NCBI GenBank assembly: GCA_964057225.1
Contig: OZ059894.1
Coordinates: 1,798,001-1,862,000, forward strand
Reading direction: 5' to 3'
From: Auanema rhodensis
Taxonomy: Eukaryota; Animalia; Nematoda
Length of the DNA stretch: 64,000 bases
Part shown: piece after piece, positions 56,512 through 64,000 of the stretch
Numbering within the stretch: the first letter of the stretch is position 1
How the letters are laid out: each line of letters opens with the position of its first letter
Translations under genes and position numbers: made by a program
Notes under the pieces: generated by a model
Databases searched by the model: none
The model's input: only the letters and a program-made list of their open reading frames with translations
Told to the model about the DNA's origin: nothing

Positions 56512-59500
56512 GTGCATTTTTAAGCTAGCGCAAATTTGATAACACAGATCGACGCAGCTTGAAAATCCGCATCGAATGCACTATACTACATTGAGGAACG
56601 CTTAATACAAAAATTAGTTATGATCGTTTGAAAAATGATGCATTAGTGTATGTTGAGTTTCCATGTACACTCAACATAGCTTCCAAAAACATTTTGACAA
56701 AAATTTTTTCGAAAAATTTCAAAATAATTTAGCAGAAAGTAGATGTTTTCAGATTCCTTTTTTTAAGGCAAAGACGATGGACAATGTTATTCAACGAAAA
56801 AATTAATTCTTCAGGGTGAAAATCGAGGATATAAGTGTGAACTTATATCAGTTGATATCTCGGTGCATTTTTAAGCTAGCGCAAATCTGATAACACAGAT
56901 CGACGCAGCTTGAAAATCCGCATCGAATGCACTATACTACATTGAGGAACGCTTAATACAAAAATTAGTTATGATCGTTTGAAAAATGATGCATTAGTGT
57001 ATGTTGAGTTTCCATGTACACTCAACATAGCTTCCAAAAACATTTTGACAAAAATTTTTTCGAAAAATTTCAAAATAATTTAGCAGAAAGTAGATGTTTT
57101 TAGATTCCTTTTTTTAAGGCAAAGACGATGGACAATGTTATTCAACGAAAAAATTAATTCTTCAGGGTGAAAATCGAGGATATAAGTGTGAACTTATATC
57201 AGTTGATATCTCGGTGCATTTTTAAGCTAGCGCAAATTTGATAACACAGATCGACGCAGCTTGAAAATCCGCATCGAATGCACTATACTACATTGAGGAA
57301 CGCTTAATACAAAAATTAGTTATGATCGTTTGAAAAATGATGCATTAGTGTATGTTGAGTTTCCATGTACACTCAACATAGCTTCCAAAAACATTTTGAC
57401 AAAAATTTTTTCGAAAAATTTCAAAATAATTTAGCAGAAAGTAGATGTTTTTAGATTCCTTTTTTTAAGGCAAAGACGATGGACAATGTTATTCAACGAA
57501 AAAATTAATTCTTCAGGGTGAAAATCGAGGATATAAGTGTGAACTTATATCAGTTGATATCTCGGTGCATTTTTAAGCTAGCGCAAATCTGATAACACAG
57601 ATCGACGCAGCTTGAAAATCCGCATCGAATGCACTATACTACATTGAGGAACGCTTAATACAAAAATTAGTTATGATCGTTTGAAAAATGATGCATTAGT
57701 GTATGTTTAGTTTCCATGTACACTCAACATAGCTTCCAAAAACATTTTGACAAAATTTTTTTCGAAAAATTTCAAAATAATTTAGCAGAAAGTAGATGTT
57801 TTTAGATTCCTTTTTTTAAGGCAAAGACGACGGACAATGTTATTCAACGAAAAAATTAATTCTTCAGGGTGAAAATCGAGGATATAAGTGTGAACTTATA
57901 TCAGTTGATATCTCGGTGCATTTTTAAGCTAGCGCAAATCTGATAACACAGATCGACGCAGCTTGAAAATCCGCATCGAATGCACTATACTACATTGAGG
58001 AACGCTTAATACAAAAATTAGTTATGATCGTTTGAAAAATGATGCATTAGTGTATGTTGAGTTTCCATGTACACTCAACATAGCTTCCAAAAACATTTTG
58101 ACAAAAATTTTTTCGAAAAATTTCAAAATAATTTAGCAGAAAGTAGATGTTTTTAGATTCCTTTTTTTAAGGCAAAGACGATGGACAATGTTATTCAACG
58201 AAAAAATTAATTCTTCAGGGTGAAAATCGAGGATATAAGTGTGAACTTATATCAGTTGATATCTCGGTGCATTTTTAAGCTAGCGCAAATTTGATAACAC
58301 AGATCGACGCAGCTTGAAAATCCGCATCGAATGCACTATACTACATTGAGGAACGCTTAATACAAAAATTAGTTATGATCGTTTGAAAAATGATGCATTA
58401 GTGTATGTTGAGTTTCCATGTACACTCAACATAGCTTCCAAAAACATTTTGACAAAAATTTTTTCGAAAAATTTCAAAATAATTTAGCAGAAAGTAGATG
58501 TTTTCAGATTCCTTTTTTTAAGGCAAAGACGATGGACAATGTTATTCAACGAAAAAATTAATTCTTCAGGGTGAAAATCGAGGATATAAGTGTGAACTTA
58601 TATCAGTTGATATCTCGGTGCATTTTTAAGCTAGCGCAAATCTGATAACACAGATCGACGCAGCTTGAAAATCCGCATCGAATGCACTATACTACATTGA
58701 GGAACGCTTAATACAAAAATTAGTTATGATCGTTTGAAAAATGATGCATTAGTGTATGTTGAGTTTCCATGTACACTCAACATAGCTTCCAAAAACATTT
58801 TGACAAAAATTTTTTCGAAAAATTTCAAAATAATTTAGCAGAAAGTAGATGTTTTTAGATTCCTTTTTTTAAGGCAAAGACGATGGACAATGTTATTCAA
58901 CGAAAAAATTAATTCTTCAGGGTGAAAATCGAGGATATAAGTGTGAACTTATATCAGTTGATATCTCGGTGCATTTTTAAGCTAGCGCAAATTTGATAAC
59001 ACAGATCGACGCAGCTTGAAAATCCGCATCGAATGCACTATACTACATTGAGGAACGCTTAATACAAAAATTAGTTATGATCGTTTGAAAAATGATGCAT
59101 TAGTGTATGTTGAGTTTCCATGTACACTCAACATAGCTTCCAAAAACATTTTGACAAAAATTTTTTCGAAAAATTTCAAAATAATTTAGCAGAAAGTAGA
59201 TGTTTTTAGATTCCTTTTTTTAAGGCAAAGACGATGGACAATGTTATTCAACGAAAAAATTAATTCTTCAGGGTGAAAATCGAGGATATAAGTGTGAACT
59301 TATATCAGTTGATATCTCGGTGCATTTTTAAGCTAGCGCAAATCTGATAACACAGATCGACGCAGCTTGAAAATCCGCATCGAATGCACTATACTACATT
59401 GAGGAACGCTTAATACAAAAATTAGTTATGATCGTTTGAAAAATGATGCATTAGTGTATGTTTAGTTTCCATGTACACTCAACATAGCTTCCAAAAACAT

Positions 59501-61776
59501 TTTGACAAAATTTTTTTCGAAAAATTTCAAAATAATTTAGCAGAAAGTAGATGTTTTTAGATTCCTTTTTTTAAGGCAAAGACGACGGACAATGTTATTC
59601 AACGAAAAAATTAATTCTTCAGGGTGAAAATCGAGGATATAAGTGTGAACTTATATCAGTTGATATCTCGGTGCATTTTTAAGCTAGCGCAAATCTGATA
59701 ACACAGATCGACGCAGCTTGAAAATCCGCATCGAATGCACTATACTACATTGAGGAACGCTTAATACAAAAATTAGTTATGATCGTTTGAAAAATGATGC
59801 ATTAGTGTATGTTGAGTTTCCATGTACACTCAACATAGCTTCCAAAAACATTTTGACAAAAATTTTTTCGAAAAATTTCAAAATAATTTAGCAGAAAGTA
59901 GATGTTTTTAGATTCCTTTTTTTAAGGCAAAGACGATGGACAATGTTATTCAACGAAAAAATTAATTCTTCAGGGTGAAAATCGAGGATATAAGTGTGAA
60001 CTTATATCAGTTGATATCTCGGTGCATTTTTAAGCTAGCGCAAATTTGATAACACAGATCGACGCAGCTTGAAAATCCGCATCGAATGCACTATACTACA
60101 TTGAGGAACGCTTAATACAAAAATTAGTTATGATCGTTTGAAAAATGATGCATTAGTGTATGTTGAGTTTCCATGTACACTCAACATAGCTTCCAAAAAC
60201 ATTTTGACAAAAATTTTTTCGAAAAATTTCAAAATAATTTAGCAGAAAGTAGATGTTTTTAGATTCCTTTTTTTAAGGCAAAGACGATGGACAATGTTAT
60301 TCAACGAAAAAATTAATTCTTCAGGGTGAAAATCGAGGATATAAGTGTGAACTTATATCAGTTGATATCTCGGTGCATTTTTAAGCTAGCGCAAATCTGA
60401 TAACACAGATCGACGCAGCTTGAAAATCCGCATCGAATGCACTATACTACATTGAGGAACGCTTAATACAAAAATTAGTTATGATCGTTTGAAAAATGAT
60501 GCATTAGTGTATGTTTAGTTTCCATGTACACTCAACATAGCTTCCAAAAACATTTTGACAAAATTTTTTTCGAAAAATTTCAAAATAATTTAGCAGAAAG
60601 TAGATGTTTTTAGATTCCTTTTTTTAAGGCAAAGACGACGGACAATGTTATTCAACGAAAAAATTAATTCTTCAGGGTGAAAATCGAGGATATAAGTGTG
60701 AACTTATATCAGTTGATATCTCGGTGCATTTTTAAGCTAGCGCAAATCTGATAACACAGATCGACGCAGCTTGAAAATCCGCATCGAATGCACTATACTA
60801 CATTGAGGAACGCTTAATACAAAAATTAGTTATGATCGTTTGAAAAATGATGCATTAGTGTATGTTGAGTTTCCATGTACACTCAACATAGCTTCCAAAA
60901 ACATTTTGACAAAAATTTTTTCGAAAAATTTCAAAATAATTTAGCAGAAAGTAGATGTTTTTAGATTCCTTTTTTTAAGGCAAAGACGATGGACAATGTT
61001 ATTCAACGAAAAAATTAATTCTTCAGGGTGAAAATCGAGGATATAAGTGTGAACTTATATCAGTTGATATCTCGGTGCATTTTTAAGCTAGCGCAAATTT
61101 GATAACACAGATCGACGCAGCTTGAAAATCCGCATCGAATGCACTATACTACATTGAGGAACGCTTAATACAAAAATTAGTTATGATCGTTTGAAAAATG
61201 ATGCATTAGTGTATGTTGAGTTTCCATGTACACTCAACATAGCTTCCAAAAACATTTTGACAAAAATTTTTTCGAAAAATTTCAAAATAATTTAGCAGAA
61301 AGTAGATGTTTTTAGATTCCTTTTTTTAAGGCAAAGACGATGGACAATGTTATTCAACGAAAAAATTAATTCTTCAGGGTGAAAATCGAGGATATAAGTG
61401 TGAACTTATATCAGTTGATATCTCGGTGCATTTTTAAGCTAGCGCAAATCTGATAACACAGATCGACGCAGCTTGAAAATCCGCATCGAATGCACTATAC
61501 TACATTGAGGAACGCTTAATACAAAAATTAGTTATGATCGTTTGAAAAATGATGCATTAGTGTATGTTTAGTTTCCATGTACACTCAACATAGCTTCCAA
61601 AAACATTTTGACAAAATTTTTTTCGAAAAATTTCAAAATAATTTAGCAGAAAGTAGATGTTTTTAGATTCCTTTTTTTAAGGCAAAGACGACGGACAATG
61701 TTATTCAACGAAAAAATTAATTCTTCAGGGTGAAAATCGAGGATATAAGTGTGAATTTATATCAGTTGATATCTCG
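56512..61776. repeat. 1755-bp pentamer duplication overlapping a 1053-bp trimer x3
   Basis: AAATTTG+TTTTCAG monomers at 56512 and 58267 (C at 56750 and 58505). The trimer [plain]-[AAATTTG]-[GTTTAG+GACGG] occurs at 58618, 59671 and 60724. Confidence 0.82.
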
Positions 61777-64000
61777 GTGCATTTTTAAGCTAGCGCAAAT
61801 CTGATAACACAGATCGACGCAGCTTGAAAATCCGCATCGAATGCACTATACTACATTGAGGAACGCTTAATACAAAAATTAGTTATGATCGTTTGAAAAA
61901 TGATGCATTAGTGTATGTTGAGTTTCCATGTACACTCAACATAGCTTCCAAAAACATTTTGACAAAAATTTTTTCGAAAAATTTCAAAATAATTTAGCAG
62001 AAAGTAGATGTTTTTAGATTCCTTTTTTTAAGGCAAAGACGATGGACAATGTTATTCAACGAAAAAATTAATTCTTCAGGGTGAAAATCGAGGATATAAG
62101 TGTGAACTTATATCAGTTGATATCTCGGTGCATTTTTAAGCTAGCGCAAATCTGATAACACAGATCGACGCAGCTTGAAAATCCGCATCGAATGCACTAT
62201 ACTACATTGAGGAACGCTTAATACAAAAATTAGTTATGATCGTTTGAAAAATGATGCATTAGTGTATGTTGAGTTTCCATGTACACTCAACATAGCTTCC
62301 AAAAACATTTTGACAAAAATTTTTTCGAAAAATTTCCAGATAATTTAGCAGAAAGTAGATGTTTTTAGATTCCTTTTTTCAAGGCAAAGACGATGGACAA
62401 TGTTATTCAACGAAAAAATTAATTCTTCAGGGTGAAAATCGAGGATATAAGTGTGAATTTATATCAGTTGATATCTCGGTGCATTTTTAAGCTAGCGCAA
62501 ATCTGATAACACAGATCGACGCAGCTTGAAAATCCGCATTGAATGCACTATACTTCATTGAGGAACGCTTAATACAAAAATTAGTTATGATCGTTTGAAA
62601 AATGATGCATTAGTGTATGTTGAGTTTCCATGTACACTCAACATAGCTTCCAAAAACATTTTGACAAAAATTTTTTCGAAAAATTTCAAAATAATTTAGC
62701 AGAAAGTAGATGTTTTTAGATTCCTTTTTTTAAGGCAAAGACGATGGACAATGTTATTCAACGAAAAAATTAATTCTTCAGGGTGAAAATCGAGGATATA
62801 AGTGTGAACTTATATCAGTTGATATCTCGGTGCATTTTTAAGCTAGCGCAAATCTGATAACACAGATCGACGCAGCTTGAAAATCCGCATCGAATGCACT
62901 ATACTACATTGAGGAACGCTTAATACAAAAATTAGTTATGATCGTTTGAAAAATGATGCATTAGTGTATGTTTAGTTTCCATGTACACTCAACATAGCTT
63001 CCAAAAACATTTTGACAAAAATTTTTTCGAAAAATTTCAAAATAATTTAGCAGAAAGTAGATGTTTTTAGATTCCTTTTTTTAAGGCAAAGACGATGGAC
63101 AATGTTATTCAACGAAAAAATTAATTCTTCAGGGTTAAAATCGAGGATATAAGTGTGAACTTATATCAGTTGATATCTCGGTGCATTTTTAAGCTAGCGC
63201 AAATCTGATAACACAGATCGACGCAGCTTGAAAATCCGCATCGAATGCACTATACTACTTTGAGAAACGCTTAATACAAAAATTAGTTATGATCGTTTGA
63301 AAAATGATGCATTAGTGTATGTTGAGTTTCCATGTACACTCAACATAGCTTCCAAAAACATTTTGACAAAATTTTTTTCGAAAAATTTCAAAATAATTTA
63401 GCAGAAAGTAGATGTTTTTAGATTCCTTTTTTTAAGGCAAAGACGACGGACAATGTTATTCAACGAAAAAATTAATTCTTCAGGGTGAAAATCGAGGATA
63501 TAAGTGTGAACTTATATCAGTTGATATCTCGGTGCATTTTTAAGCTAGCGCAAATCTGATAACACAGATCGACGCAGCTTGAAAATCCGCATCGAATGCA
63601 CTATACTACATTGAGGAACGCTTAATACAAAAATTAGTTATGATCGTTTGAAAAATGATGCATTAGTGTATGTTGAGTTTCCATGTACACTCAACATAGC
63701 TTCCAAAAACATTTTGACAAAAATTTTTTCGAAAAATTTCAAAATAATTTAGCAGAAAGTAGATGTTTTTAGATTCCTTTTTTTAAGGCAAAGACGATGG
63801 ACAATGTTATTCAACGAAAAAATTAATTCTTCAGGGTGAAAATCGAGGATATAAGTGTGAACTTATATCAGTTGATATCTCGGTGCATTTTTAAGCTAGC
63901 GCAAATCTGATAACACAGATCGACGCAGCTTGAAAATCCGCATCGAATGCACTATACTACTTTGAGAAACGCTTAATACAAAAATTAGTTATGATCGTTT

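Larger units (their letters stand above)
1..64000. repeat. Satellite DNA tandem array, 351-bp monomer, 182 full copies plus a 118-bp partial copy; the array runs off both window ends
   Basis: GTGCATTTTTAAGCTAGCGC recurs at 1, 352, 703, 1054 and so on, in exact register at 3511, 7021, 21061, 28081, 35101, 42121, 49141, 56161 and 63181 (1+351n). No non-repeat sequence or inversion seen. 112/351 G+C in copy 1. Confidence 0.99.

Noticed and set aside
1-64000. CRISPR array or repeat-spacer system
   Set aside because: Palindromic elements recur regularly, but the intervening sequence is the same in every copy. There are no unique spacers and no cas genes.
1-64000. Rolling-circle or concatemer sequencing artefact
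   Set aside because: Variants are shared between copies in ordered, nested blocks rather than being random errors on one template, which fits a real evolving array. Exact copy order still needs read support.

Overview
The whole 64 kb window is one uninterrupted head-to-tail tandem array of an AT-rich 351-bp monomer (about 32% GC by hand count of copy 1): 182 complete copies plus a 118-bp partial copy, all in the same orientation. This is satellite DNA, most likely eukaryotic heterochromatin or (peri)centromeric sequence. I do not recognise the family or organism. I found no genes, RNA genes, CRISPR spacers or transposon insertions. The single ORF in the track is a chance read-through made by one stop-removing substitution. 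Copies differ by only a few substitutions each, and I saw only two 1-bp indels. The structure of interest lies at two levels. (1) The monomer is largely a string of inverted repeats: a nested 51-nt hairpin, a perfect 10-bp stem, a TCGA-centred palindrome and a perfect 9-bp stem with a GTGA loop. (2) Shared variants reveal nested higher-order repeats (2-, 3-, 4-, 5-, 7-, 8-mers and longer blocks) inside alternating subfamily domains whose borders reuse the same marker monomers, which suggests a variable-length macro-repeat. All variant mapping was done by eye and should be confirmed by alignment. 'Pos' means position within the monomer, with copy 1 = 1-351.
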